From contig OZ241962.1 in assembly GCA_965203995.1 (NCBI GenBank), positions 1,610,311-1,674,310 of the forward strand: a stretch of DNA of 64,000 nucleotides, in the 5' to 3' direction. Position 1 is the first letter of the stretch. Each line of letters begins with the position of its first letter. The translations under genes and the position numbers were made by a program. Origin of the DNA: Dehalococcoidia bacterium (GTDB lineage: Bacteria > Chloroflexota > Dehalococcoidia > Bin125). The notes under the pieces are model-generated. The model saw nothing but the letters and a program-made list of their open reading frames with translations. It did no database searches and was not told where the DNA came from. Positions 55,175 through 64,000 of this stretch are shown in pieces.

Positions 55175-58135
55175 TTGCACGGAAGGTGGCCGCCGATGAT
55201 CGAACGCCTGGATCGCGCCGCCTTGCTTGAGCGCTCACGCCGCCTGAGCGCGGCCCTGCCCCCCCCCCCCGCAGATAGCGCGCCCGCGCGGCTAAGCCGC
55301 CGGCTCTTCCCGCTTCCCCTCCTGGCCGCCGCGCTGATGGCGCTGGCGGTCGTCTTCGTCCACGACGCCCGGCCCGCCTCCGCCGATCACGAGCACACCA
55401 CCATCCTCTGGCACGCAACCTTGACGGTGGGATCAACAGGCGGGTCCGGGTGCTCTGTTGGCGTCGATGACTGCCGCGAACTGCTCACCGATACTCGATT
55501 CACCTATGAGGGTGCGACCTACACCGTCACAAACGTGGACAATGAACGCGATGTAGTAAGCGCTAAGTTCATCTTCTGGCTCGATAAGGCGCTGCCGGCC
55601 AGCTTGCTCTCCGCCGGGACGCTCTACGTCGACGGCAGGGCGCTCAGCCTGGCGGATTTCAGGCATGACGCTGACGTTAGCCGCTTCCATTTGGTAATGC
55701 GCCCGTCGCCGCGAATACCGCAGTGGGAGCCGGGCGACAAGGTGCTTCTCACCCTCAGCGGGCCGCGCCCGCCCGCCTGGTCCGCCACGCTGTCACCGAG
55801 CGATCTCTCCAACTTCAGCGGAACAGGCTTCGGTTGCCAAGATGGCTTCCTGGGCTGTTCGCAAGTTCTCACCGGTAGTAACACCTTCACTTACAACGGG
55901 ACTTCCCACACGATCGACACGATTAAGGTGGACGGCGGTGTCCTTACCTTTGCGACCGATCTTGGGCAGAGCGGCTTGCGGGAATTGACGTTGAATGTGG
56001 ACGGAACGGCGTTCCCCCTTGCCGACGCCGCGTCCAACCAGTGGAGCAACACCGGCCTGACCTGGAGCAGCGGCGGTTCGGTCGAGCTGAGCCTGACCGG
56101 GCCGCCCCCGACGGGCGTGGAGATCTCGCCCAACACCCTGAACGTCACCGAGGGCGACACTGGCACCTTCACGGTCGCCCTGACCTCCGATCCCGGGACG
56201 GACAAGACCGTGCAACTGGTCACGACGCAGTTCTTCCAATCCGCGGGCGAGCCGGGCCACGTCTGGGACAAGAACGCCGTCACGGTCTTGCCGGTGACAA
56301 TGACCTTCACCGCGGGCTCCTCCGGCAACTGGGCCACGCCCCAGACCGTGACGGTGCGCGCCCCCGGGGACGCCGACGTCACGAACGAGCAGTTGATCAT
56401 CCATGTGTTTGAGCAAAAGTCGTCCTACGGCTTCGTCCAGTGCATCGGCGCAGGCGACTACGACTACAACGGCGTCACGCACGTCTACCACGGCAACGGC
56501 GACGGCGACTACTGCAGCGCGCAACTCTTCGACCACGGGCCCGTGGGCGGCGTCTACAACGCGGTCAACGGCGTCCACGTGACGGTCGCCGACAGCGGCG
56601 TCAACTTCGTGATCGAGCCGCCGACCGGCGTCGAGGCCCACGCCGGCAGAGCCCTGATGTATGACTCACATGGGAACGACCAGGGGCGCTGGCTGGCGCG
56701 CTTCTCTTGGGATGCGCCCGGCGGCTCGATTACGGTGACCGGCTACGACTTCCAGTGGCGCCGGGAGGGCGGCGCCTGGCCTGCGGGTGCGACCTCCCTG
56801 AGCGCCTCGGACACGAGCCGCATCATCCGGCCCAACCTCGGCAACTTCGTCAACCAATCGCGGGGCACGGTGCTCGGCTACCGCGTGCGCACGCGCACCG
56901 CCGACGGCGCGAGCCCGTGGATCGAGGGGACGCTGACCCTGGACAACCCCGCCAACCTGGTGCGCGACCTGCTCGTGCTCCCGGGAAACGCCGGCGAGCT
57001 GAGTCTGTCCTGGTCTGCTCCCGCCGGCTGGCCGGCCACGGACTACGAGGTGCAGTACAAGGTCGCCGGGGCCTCCAACTGGATGTCCTCCGACCCGGAG
57101 AAGGGCTGGGTCGACGCGAACTACACCGGCGGCACCGACCAGCTCATGACGATCCCGAACCTGAAGGACGGCACCGCCTACGCGGTGCGCGTGCGGGCGA
57201 AGAGCGACTGGGACTTCCGCTGGACGGTCGCCCAGGGCACGACCTCGGGCACGGCGCCCGCTATCGGCGGGTCCGGCGGCACGGACGGCGACCTCGGCGT
57301 CGTCCACAACCCGAATGCGCAGAACGAGCACGCCGGCCTGATCGCGGATGTCAGGCAGTGGCGCGACGACCCCTGCTGCGCCCACAACTCAGCTCACACC
57401 GACCGCTGGGACCGCGTCCTGCTGGCCCTGGGCGAGTCGGTCGCCGACGCCTCGCTTGAGCCGATGACGGCCTCGGAGGCGCAGGACCTCGCCGACCGCG
57501 GCTGGAGCCGCTGGACGGGCGTGGCCGAGGCGCTGCGCGAGCTGGAAGCGGCCGCCCAGAACGATCCGGTTCCGCCCGCGGTCGGCCCGGATCCGGGCGA
57601 CTCCTCAGGGGACTCGCCAGGGTCACCCGGCGATGCGCCGGACGAGGGACCGGGCGACGGGCCGGAACCGGCCAACCCTGCCAACCAGGCGCCGACGGTC
57701 TCGGCGACGCCGGCCGACGTGAGCGGCCTCGAGGCGGGCGCGACCCGCGAGGTCTCGCTGGCCGGGGTCTTCCACGACGCCGACGGCGACGCCCTGACGA
57801 TCACGGGCGGTCCCGACGACGATCAGATCGTCACGGTTGAGGTGGCTTCCGACGGCTCCAGGCTGACGCTGACCGGCGTCTCCGAGGGCACGGCGATCGT
57901 GCTCGTGTTCGCCCAGGACCCATCCGGAGCGTCGGTCTTCACCGAGTTCAACGTCACCGTCGTGGCGGCCCCGGAACCGGCGGCATCGCTGACGGGGACG
58001 GCCGCCCGCTACGACGCCGACTCGAACGGCAAGATCGACGTCTCGGAGTACCGCCGGGCGGTCAACGACTACGTCGCGCGCACGATCAGCTATACGGAGC
58101 TGTTGGAGGTCGTGACCGCCTACCAGGCCTCCTGA
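55175..58135 (+). CDS. Secreted adhesin-like surface protein 2 (986 aa) with Fn3-like domains, the shared C-terminal Ig-like/dockerin-like module, and a poly-C-encoded poly-Pro N-terminus.
   Basis: Signal ...RRLFPLPLLAAALMALAVVFVHDARP. Fn3-like segments (...ELSLSWSAPAGWPATDYEVQYKVAG...AYAVRVRAKS). A central block GTD.D.GVVHNPN...DDPCC...HTDRWDRVLLALGESVADASLEPMTA shared with gene 1. Confidence 0.7.
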   Translation: MHGRWPPMIERLDRAALLERSRRLSAALPPPPADSAPARLSRRLFPLPLLAAALMALAVVFVHDARPASADHEHTTILWHATLTVGSTGGSGCSVGVDDCRELLTDTRFTYEGATYTVTNVDNERDVVSAKFIFWLDKALPASLLSAGTLYVDGRALSLADFRHDADVSRFHLVMRPSPRIPQWEPGDKVLLTLSGPRPPAWSATLSPSDLSNFSGTGFGCQDGFLGCSQVLTGSNTFTYNGTSHTIDTIKVDGGVLTFATDLGQSGLRELTLNVDGTAFPLADAASNQWSNTGLTWSSGGSVELSLTGPPPTGVEISPNTLNVTEGDTGTFTVALTSDPGTDKTVQLVTTQFFQSAGEPGHVWDKNAVTVLPVTMTFTAGSSGNWATPQTVTVRAPGDADVTNEQLIIHVFEQKSSYGFVQCIGAGDYDYNGVTHVYHGNGDGDYCSAQLFDHGPVGGVYNAVNGVHVTVADSGVNFVIEPPTGVEAHAGRALMYDSHGNDQGRWLARFSWDAPGGSITVTGYDFQWRREGGAWPAGATSLSASDTSRIIRPNLGNFVNQSRGTVLGYRVRTRTADGASPWIEGTLTLDNPANLVRDLLVLPGNAGELSLSWSAPAGWPATDYEVQYKVAGASNWMSSDPEKGWVDANYTGGTDQLMTIPNLKDGTAYAVRVRAKSDWDFRWTVAQGTTSGTAPAIGGSGGTDGDLGVVHNPNAQNEHAGLIADVRQWRDDPCCAHNSAHTDRWDRVLLALGESVADASLEPMTASEAQDLADRGWSRWTGVAEALRELEAAAQNDPVPPAVGPDPGDSSGDSPGSPGDAPDEGPGDGPEPANPANQAPTVSATPADVSGLEAGATREVSLAGVFHDADGDALTITGGPDDDQIVTVEVASDGSRLTLTGVSEGTAIVLVFAQDPSGASVFTEFNVTVVAAPEPAASLTGTAARYDADSNGKIDVSEYRRAVNDYVARTISYTELLEVVTAYQAS
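55259..55270 (+). repeat. Homopolymeric C12 tract in the 5' coding region of adhesin-like gene 2.
   Basis: ...gcggccctgCCCCCCCCCCCCgcagatagcgcg.... It encodes LPPPPA, in frame as sequenced. Confidence 0.8.
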
Positions 58136-58436
58136 CCCGGGGCCGCGGGCGGGCACGGCGGATCGCATCCCTGCGTGCGTCGACGCGGACGGCAACGCCC
58201 TGAGGATGGGGGAAGACGGCGCTCGCGCGCCAGTGCGCTTCCCGACTGACCTCGATCTCTGTTCCCTACTGCTGCGTGAGTCGGCCTGGTCGCACACAGC
58301 AATTGCACATGAACATCTACTGACGTTCACAGATTCTAAGGCAGTCGTGCTTGAGAATTGCACTCGGAAGCGGATCTGGTCCAGTGCATCGTCGCCCTGC
58401 GCTTCAGGTGCGATCGAGGTTGAAGGTCAGCAGGGT

Positions 58437-61400
58437 ATGTATGTTCTCTCGCCGCGAGCGTCGAGCGCTCGAACCTCAACTTCCGACCCCCCCCCCCCGC
58501 AGTTACGCCACTCTCGTTCTAATCTGGCCCGACGACGCCCCTCGCTTCCGCTCCTCGCCCTCGCGCTGCTCGCGCTAGCCCTGTTCGCCGCGGACGGCGC
58601 GCCGCCCGCGCAGGCGCAGAGCCCCGTCGAACTGGTGACTAACAAGGGTCAGTCATCCAGCGCTCTCCGTCACGATTGGAACGACGCATTCGGCTTGATC
58701 ATCTTCACGGGCGCCGGCAACGCGGGGAAAACCTACACGCTGACGAAGATTCGTGTCTTCCAGAACAGCGCCATGGGCAACACCGCTGCATTCAGAGCGG
58801 AGTTGTGGTCCGGCAGCAATACCGAGTTCGTGCCGGTTGAGAAGATCACCGACCTGACGATCACGGCCGTCGACGGGGTTAGTGCCGTCGATCTCGTGGC
58901 GCCCGAGGGCACCGTGCTCCAGGGGAACGACAGGTACGCCCTGGTGGTGTACCGGGTGGCCGGCTTTAGCGCCACCGGTTGGACATACGCGGCGACGGTA
59001 TCGCCGTCGGAAACCAGCAGTCTCGGGTGGCGTCTCGGGAACAACCGCAAGGCGACCTCTAGCCCCCCGACCAGCTCTTCGACGTGGGGAGACCCCGGAG
59101 ACACCGTTTTCGTCAGAATCCCCAAGATCACCGTCTTCGGCTTCGAGGGCGTGCTGCCGACGGTCACGCTGACCTCGGACGACGCCGACGGCGAGATCGC
59201 GGAGTCGGCCGGGTCGGTGACGCTGACGGCGACTCTGAGCGAGGCGGCGCCCAGCGGCGGGGTGAGCGTGACGCTCTCGAAGGCCAGCGGTACGGCGACG
59301 GCGACGGACGACTACTCGCTCTCGTCGGCGACGATCACGATCGCCCAGGGCGACACCACCGGCACGACGAACCTGAACATCGTCGACGACGCGGTGGCCG
59401 AGGGCGATGAGACGCTGGTGCTGAAAGCCGCCGCGAGCGGTCACACCTCGGGGTCGCTGAGCCTGACGATCAAGGACAACGATGCGCTGACCCAGTCCTC
59501 GAACGCGGACCTGTCGGCGCTGACGGTGAACACGAGCACCGACGACTCCGACTTCACGACATCGCTGACGCTGGACCAGACCTTCGCGGCAATCACGACG
59601 AGCTACACGGCCACGGTGGGGAACCTGGTCACGCACGTGAAGGTGACGCCGACGGTGGACGACACGGGCAAGGCGGCGGTGAAGGTCGGTCCCAGTGGCG
59701 GCACGCTGACGGCGGTGACCGACGCCACGGCGTCGGCGTCGATCGCACTGGACGTGGGCTTGAACGCGATCGAGGTGGAGGTGACCGCGGAGGACTCCTC
59801 GACGAAGACCTATGTGGTGACGATCCTCCGCTACCCCGCGAACCTTTTGGTGAGCAACGTGGCGAAGGCCTCGGCTCAGAGTGTGACCACCAGCAACTCC
59901 GCCCATGCCGTCGGGTTCGAGACCGGTTCGAACTCCGCGGGCTACACGCTGTCGAGCATCGACGTGGTGATGGAGGGCGAGCCGACCTCGGCTGAGCGCG
60001 ACACCATCGAGGCGGAGCTGTGGTCCGCGGCCAGCAACGGCCGGCCCGACGACAAGATCGCCGACCTGGCGGTGCCGGCGCATCCGATCGCGCCGGGCGT
60101 GGTGTCGTTCACCGCGCCGGCCAGCACCACGCTGACGGCGAGCACCGAGTACTTCCTGGTGGTGCACACGACGGGGACCTTCAACATGGGGCTGGACACC
60201 ACGGAATCCACCGGCGAGGACTCCGCCGGCGTCCCGGGCTTCAGCATCGACGACGACCAAGTCTACGTCAGCCCGGGCACCCAGCCGGACTCGTCCACGA
60301 CGTGGACGCGCTCGGCGACGGGCCTGGTGGTGAGAATCCACGTCACGGGCACCGCCAACACCGCGACGCTGTCGTCGAACGCGGACCTCTCCGCCCTGGC
60401 GGTGAACACCAGCACCGACAACTCCGACTTCATGACGTCGCTGACGCCGGTCCCGGCGTTCGCGGCGGCCACCACGGCCTACACGGCGTCGGTGGCGAAC
60501 GCGGTCACCCACGTGAAGATCACGCCGACGGTGGACGCGACGGGCAAGGCGGCGGTGAAGGTGGGTCCGAGCGGCGGCACGCTGACGACGGTGGCCGACG
60601 CCACGGCGTCGGCATCGCTCGCCCTGAGCGTGGGCTTGAACGTGATCGACGTGGAGGTGACCGCCGAGAACCTCTCGACGAAGACGTACACGCTGACGGT
60701 CGTCCGGCACCCGGCGAACCTGCTGGCCAGCAACCTCGGGCAGCAGCCCGACGGCAGCTTCCGGGGCACGTCGGGCTTCGCGCACGCCCAGGGCTTCCGC
60801 ACCGGCAGCAACGCCGGGGGCTACACCCTGGCGGGGGTGACGGCGGTGATCGGCAGCGACCCGACGTCTGCGCAGCGCGACACGATCCGCGCGGAGCTGT
60901 GGTCCTGGGACAACGGGCCCGGCGAGAAGCTGGCCGACCTGACGGTGCCGGCCCATCCGATCACGGCGGGCCTGGTCGGGTTCGCGACGCCCCCGGGCAC
61001 CGTGCTCGATCCCGAGACCCGGTACTTCTTCGTGCTCTACACCACCACGGGCTACGCGCTGCAGTTCGGGACGACGAGCTCCGGCGGCGAGGACGCCGCG
61101 AGCGCCACGGGCTGGACCCTCTTCGACAACCGCCACTCCGTCAACGTGAACGAACCGACCTCGTCCACGACGTGGACCCGGCAGGCGTCCACCACCGCGC
61201 TGCGGCTCACGATCGCGGGCGCGCAGCGGAGCCTGGCGACGATCGCCGACCTCTCCGCGCTGGCGGTGAACACGAGCACCGACAACTCCGACTTCACCGC
61301 GTCGCTCGTGCCGGTCCCGGCGTTCGACGCGGCCACGACCGTCTATACGGCGTCGGTCGCCAACGACGTCACCCATGTGAAGGTGACGCCGACGGCGGAG

Positions 61401-64000
61401 GCCGCCGGCCAGGCGACGCTGAAGGCGGGCAAGCGGGGCACGACGCTGGCGGCGGTGACCAGCGGCTCGCCGTCGGCGTCGATCGCCCTTGACGTGGGCG
61501 CCAACGTGATCGAGGTGGAGGTCACCTCCGGCGACACCAACACGACGACGACCTACACGGTCACGATCATCCGGCACCCGTCGGATCTGCTGCTGAGCAA
61601 CCTCGGCCAGCTGCCCGCCGCGGACTCCGCGACCACGAACAACTTCGCCCACGCCCAGGGGTTCTGGACCGCCGGCCAGAGCTACACGCTATCGAGCATC
61701 TCGGTGGTGCTGGGCGGCAGCCCGACCCAGGCCCAGCGCAACACCATCCACGCCGAGCTGTGGTCGGGGAACAGCACCGGTCCGACCGCGGAGGTGGCCG
61801 ATCTGACGGTGCCGGACCATCCGATCACGCCGGGCGTCGTGACGTTCACGGCCCCCGCCAACACCGCCATGATGGCGAACAGCCGCTACTTCCTGGTGCT
61901 CTACACCACCGGCAGCTACGACGTGGAGCTGGGCACGACGGACTCGACGAGCGGCGACGACGCCAGCGCCGCGGGCTGGTCGGTGTTCGCCAACCGCCAC
62001 TACGTCAGCCCGGGGACGGGGCCGAGCTCGTCCACGATGTGGACCACGCGGTCGGCCACCGGCGGCATCAGGCTGACCGTCGCGGGCACGGGCCAGGCCG
62101 TCCAGTCGTCGAACGCCGACCTCTCCGCCCTGACGGGGAACACGAGCGAGGACAACTCCGACTTCACGGCGTCGCTGACGCTCTCCCCAGCCTTCGCGAC
62201 GGGCACCACCGGCTACCGGGCGGGAGTGGCGAACGCCGTCACGCACGTGACGCTGACGCCGACGGTGGCCGACACCGGCAAGGCCACGGTCGAGGTGGGC
62301 ACGAGCGGCAACTTGACGAGCGTGAGCGACGGGACGGCGTCGGCGTCGATCGCCCTGGCCGTGGGCGACAACGCCATCATCGTCAAGGTCACCGCCGAGG
62401 ACGGCTCGACGACCCGGGAGTACACGGTCACGGTAACGCGGCACCCGGCCAACATGCTGGTGAGCAACTTCGGGCAGGCGGATGGCGCGAGCGGCCACTT
62501 CAACACCAACGAGTTGGTTCTCTCCCAGGGGTTCACGACGGGCGCCCACAGCGGGGGCTACACGCTGGCGGCCATCGATGCGGCCGTGGCGACCCTCTCG
62601 TCGGGCTTCGACCGGACGACCCTCCGGGCCGAGCTGTGGTCGGCCGCCTCCGGCGGCGGGCCGGACGCGAAGCTCTACGAGCTGACGGTGCCGAGCAGTG
62701 TGGCGGTGGGCGCCGTCTCCTTCGAGGCGGAGTCGAACGCCGCGCTCGCCGCGAGCACGTCCTACTACCTGGTGGTCTACACGACCGACGCCGGCAACCG
62801 GCTTGGAGTCACGACAACCGACTCCCCCGGCGAGGACGGCGGCAGCCTGTCCGGCTGGAGCATCGAGAATGACTGGTGGGACCAGGAGGTGAACGTGCCG
62901 GGCGGGGGGAGCTGGGGCGAGACAGACAACGAGAGCTTCAAGATCCGCGTCAGGGGCACGGCGGGCAGCACGGCGCTGCCCGCGCCGACGGGCCTGTCGG
63001 TGACGGCGGGCGACTCCAAGCTCGACCTCACCTGGACGGCGCCCTCGGGGGCGGTGAGCTTCGACGTGCACTACACGTCGGACAACGCGACCGACACCGC
63101 GGATGGCGCGGCGGTGCAGACCGGCATGAGCGCGAGCGCGGCGGACGGCTGGGTGGACGCGAGTCACACCGGCATGGACGCGTCGGACGAGATCACGGGC
63201 CTCGACAACGGCACCGACTACCGCGTTCGGGTGCGGGCCGTGAACGCCGCCGGCGACGGCGCGTGGGCGCACCAATCGGGCAGACCCGCGGCGCAGGTCG
63301 CGCTGTCCACGAACGCCGACCTCTCCGCCCTGGCGGTGAACACGAGCGAGGACAACTCCGACTTCACGGCGTCGCTGACCCTGGACCAGACCTTCGCGGC
63401 GGCGACGACGAGCTACACGGCCACGGTGGGCAACGCGGTCACCCATGTGAAGCTGACGCCCACGGTGGACGACACCGGCAAGGCGACGGTGGAGGTGGGC
63501 AAGAGCGGCAGCGAGGCCTCGGTGACCGACGGGACGGCGTCGGCGTCGATCGCCCTGGACGTGGGCGACAACGCGATCAACGTGAAGGTCACCGCCGAGG
63601 ACACCACCACGACCACGACCTACACGGTGACGGTCACGCGCCGCCCGGCGGCGCCGACGAACCTGCGGGCGAAGGCGGGCGACGCGAAGCTCGACCTGAC
63701 CTGGACGGCCCCGGCGGGCACGCTGACGGGCTACGACGTGCACTACACCTCCGACAACGCCACCGACACCCCCAACGACGCGGCCGTGCAGGGCGGGTCC
63801 AACCCCAGCGCGGCGGACGGCTGGGTCGACGCCGGGCACACGGGCACGACGGCCTCGGACGAGCTCACGGGCCTGACCAACAACACGCCCTACCGCGTGC
63901 GGGTGCGGGCCACGGCCGGCGCGGCGAACGCGGCGGGCGCCTGGCTGCACGGCTCGGGCCGCCCGGCGATGCCGGTGGTGCCGACGGTCTCGCTCTCGGT
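58437..64000 (+). CDS. Giant secreted adhesin-like protein 3 (at least 1854 codons; runs off the window end) with a Calx-beta domain, repeated cadherin-like beta-sandwich modules and Fn3 domains. It is not in the ORF track.
   Basis: Manual translation in frame 58437 reads without a stop codon to the window end: MYVLSPRASSARTSTSDPPPPQLRHSRSNLARRRPSLPLLALALLALALFAADGAPPAQAQ... (signal peptide). A Calx-beta-like block (VTLTATLSEAAPSGGVSVTLSKASGTATATDDYSLSSATITIAQGDTTGTTNLNIVDDAVAEGDETLVLKA). At least six cadherin-like modules (NADLSALAVNTSTDNSDFTASL...THVKVTPTVDDTGKA.VKVG.SG......ASIALDVG.N.I.V.VTAED.ST.TYTVT..R.P). Fn3 modules (LDLTWTAP...YDVHYTSDNATDT...YRVRVRA). Confidence 0.7.
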   Translation, partial: MYVLSPRASSARTSTSDPPPPQLRHSRSNLARRRPSLPLLALALLALALFAADGAPPAQAQSPVELVTNKGQSSSALRHDWNDAFGLIIFTGAGNAGKTYTLTKIRVFQNSAMGNTAAFRAELWSGSNTEFVPVEKITDLTITAVDGVSAVDLVAPEGTVLQGNDRYALVVYRVAGFSATGWTYAATVSPSETSSLGWRLGNNRKATSSPPTSSSTWGDPGDTVFVRIPKITVFGFEGVLPTVTLTSDDADGEIAESAGSVTLTATLSEAAPSGGVSVTLSKASGTATATDDYSLSSATITIAQGDTTGTTNLNIVDDAVAEGDETLVLKAAASGHTSGSLSLTIKDNDALTQSSNADLSALTVNTSTDDSDFTTSLTLDQTFAAITTSYTATVGNLVTHVKVTPTVDDTGKAAVKVGPSGGTLTAVTDATASASIALDVGLNAIEVEVTAEDSSTKTYVVTILRYPANLLVSNVAKASAQSVTTSNSAHAVGFETGSNSAGYTLSSIDVVMEGEPTSAERDTIEAELWSAASNGRPDDKIADLAVPAHPIAPGVVSFTAPASTTLTASTEYFLVVHTTGTFNMGLDTTESTGEDSAGVPGFSIDDDQVYVSPGTQPDSSTTWTRSATGLVVRIHVTGTANTATLSSNADLSALAVNTSTDNSDFMTSLTPVPAFAAATTAYTASVANAVTHVKITPTVDATGKAAVKVGPSGGTLTTVADATASASLALSVGLNVIDVEVTAENLSTKTYTLTVVRHPANLLASNLGQQPDGSFRGTSGFAHAQGFRTGSNAGGYTLAGVTAVIGSDPTSAQRDTIRAELWSWDNGPGEKLADLTVPAHPITAGLVGFATPPGTVLDPETRYFFVLYTTTGYALQFGTTSSGGEDAASATGWTLFDNRHSVNVNEPTSSTTWTRQASTTALRLTIAGAQRSLATIADLSALAVNTSTDNSDFTASLVPVPAFDAATTVYTASVANDVTHVKVTPTAEAAGQATLKAGKRGTTLAAVTSGSPSASIALDVGANVIEVEVTSGDTNTTTTYTVTIIRHPSDLLLSNLGQLPAADSATTNNFAHAQGFWTAGQSYTLSSISVVLGGSPTQAQRNTIHAELWSGNSTGPTAEVADLTVPDHPITPGVVTFTAPANTAMMANSRYFLVLYTTGSYDVELGTTDSTSGDDASAAGWSVFANRHYVSPGTGPSSSTMWTTRSATGGIRLTVAGTGQAVQSSNADLSALTGNTSEDNSDFTASLTLSPAFATGTTGYRAGVANAVTHVTLTPTVADTGKATVEVGTSGNLTSVSDGTASASIALAVGDNAIIVKVTAEDGSTTREYTVTVTRHPANMLVSNFGQADGASGHFNTNELVLSQGFTTGAHSGGYTLAAIDAAVATLSSGFDRTTLRAELWSAASGGGPDAKLYELTVPSSVAVGAVSFEAESNAALAASTSYYLVVYTTDAGNRLGVTTTDSPGEDGGSLSGWSIENDWWDQEVNVPGGGSWGETDNESFKIRVRGTAGSTALPAPTGLSVTAGDSKLDLTWTAPSGAVSFDVHYTSDNATDTADGAAVQTGMSASAADGWVDASHTGMDASDEITGLDNGTDYRVRVRAVNAAGDGAWAHQSGRPAAQVALSTNADLSALAVNTSEDNSDFTASLTLDQTFAAATTSYTATVGNAVTHVKLTPTVDDTGKATVEVGKSGSEASVTDGTASASIALDVGDNAINVKVTAEDTTTTTTYTVTVTRRPAAPTNLRAKAGDAKLDLTWTAPAGTLTGYDVHYTSDNATDTPNDAAVQGGSNPSAADGWVDAGHTGTTASDELTGLTNNTPYRVRVRATAGAANAAGAWLHGSGRPAMPVVPTVSLS
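58487..58498 (+). repeat. Homopolymeric C12 tract in the 5' coding region of giant adhesin gene 3, immediately downstream of overlapping start codons ATGTATG.
   Basis: ...ttccgaCCCCCCCCCCCCgcagttacgcc.... With 12 Cs the ATG at 58437 is in frame. With 13 Cs the overlapping ATG at 58441 would be in frame. The ORF-track ORF 58351-58578 is the out-of-frame reading from ATG 58441. Confidence 0.75.

Noticed and set aside
58653-63950. Two very long minus-strand ORFs (999 aa and 753 aa) and the plus-strand ORF 60020-61492.
   Set aside because: Their translations are Arg/Gly/Val/Asp-rich low-complexity sequences typical of antisense or off-frame reads through high-GC coding DNA. The true gene is the plus-strand adhesin in the frame starting at 58437.
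1-64000. CRISPR arrays and rRNA genes.
   Set aside because: There are no regularly spaced short direct repeats and no rRNA-like conserved segments anywhere in the window.

Overview
This 64-kb window has high GC overall (several segments have lower GC; no values were computed) and is a mosaic that looks largely accessory. It could come from an actinobacterium or a Chloroflexi-like organism, but I cannot place it taxonomically.

Layout from left to right:
- 1-458: a partial cobD/cbiB gene on the minus strand that runs off the window start.
- 851-4532: a lower-GC cargo segment holding a 903-aa N6-adenine DNA methyltransferase (motifs DPACGTG and NPPF) and an acidic hypothetical protein.
- 4629-4657: a tmRNA-like 3' end (T-arm, acceptor, CCA), probably an integration-site remnant.
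- 4.8-10.5 kb: a lipoprotein substrate-binding protein and an S8 subtilase cassette, bracketed by two G-free direct repeats of about 88 bp and by three copies of a short palindromic REP/MITE-like element.
- 10917-13298: a CoA-transferase family III protein with two tandem domains.
- 13627-32056: a large serine recombinase followed by a dense defense island. It holds a HEPN/MNT pair, and a Type I R-M operon (hsdM, hsdS, hsdR) that is interrupted twice: by a small 3-TM protein plus a ThsB-like TIR protein between hsdM and hsdS, and by an opposite-strand Panacea (DUF4065) antitoxin with an unknown 127-aa partner before hsdR. It also holds a solitary GIY-YIG protein, an internally deleted IS5-family remnant, and an Hhe-like helicase-nuclease with DUF4011, an SF1 helicase domain and a Vsr-like nuclease domain.
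- 34.4-52.3 kb: four paralogous cysteine-motif secreted repeat proteins arranged as an inverted duplication of a two-gene operon. They flank a core with a Replic_Relax tandem winged-helix protein, a VWA lipoprotein and a family-5 substrate-binding protein.
- 52.8 kb to the window end: three consecutive adhesin-like surface-protein genes with Fn3, cadherin-like, Calx-beta and dockerin-like modules. Each has a poly-C tract of 12-14 bases just inside the 5' coding end and a shared upstream promoter-like motif. The third is a giant ORF (at least 1854 codons) that runs off the window end and is therefore missing from the supplied ORF track.

No CRISPR array or rRNA gene was seen. Many long minus-strand or off-frame ORFs in the track are high-GC antisense artefacts.
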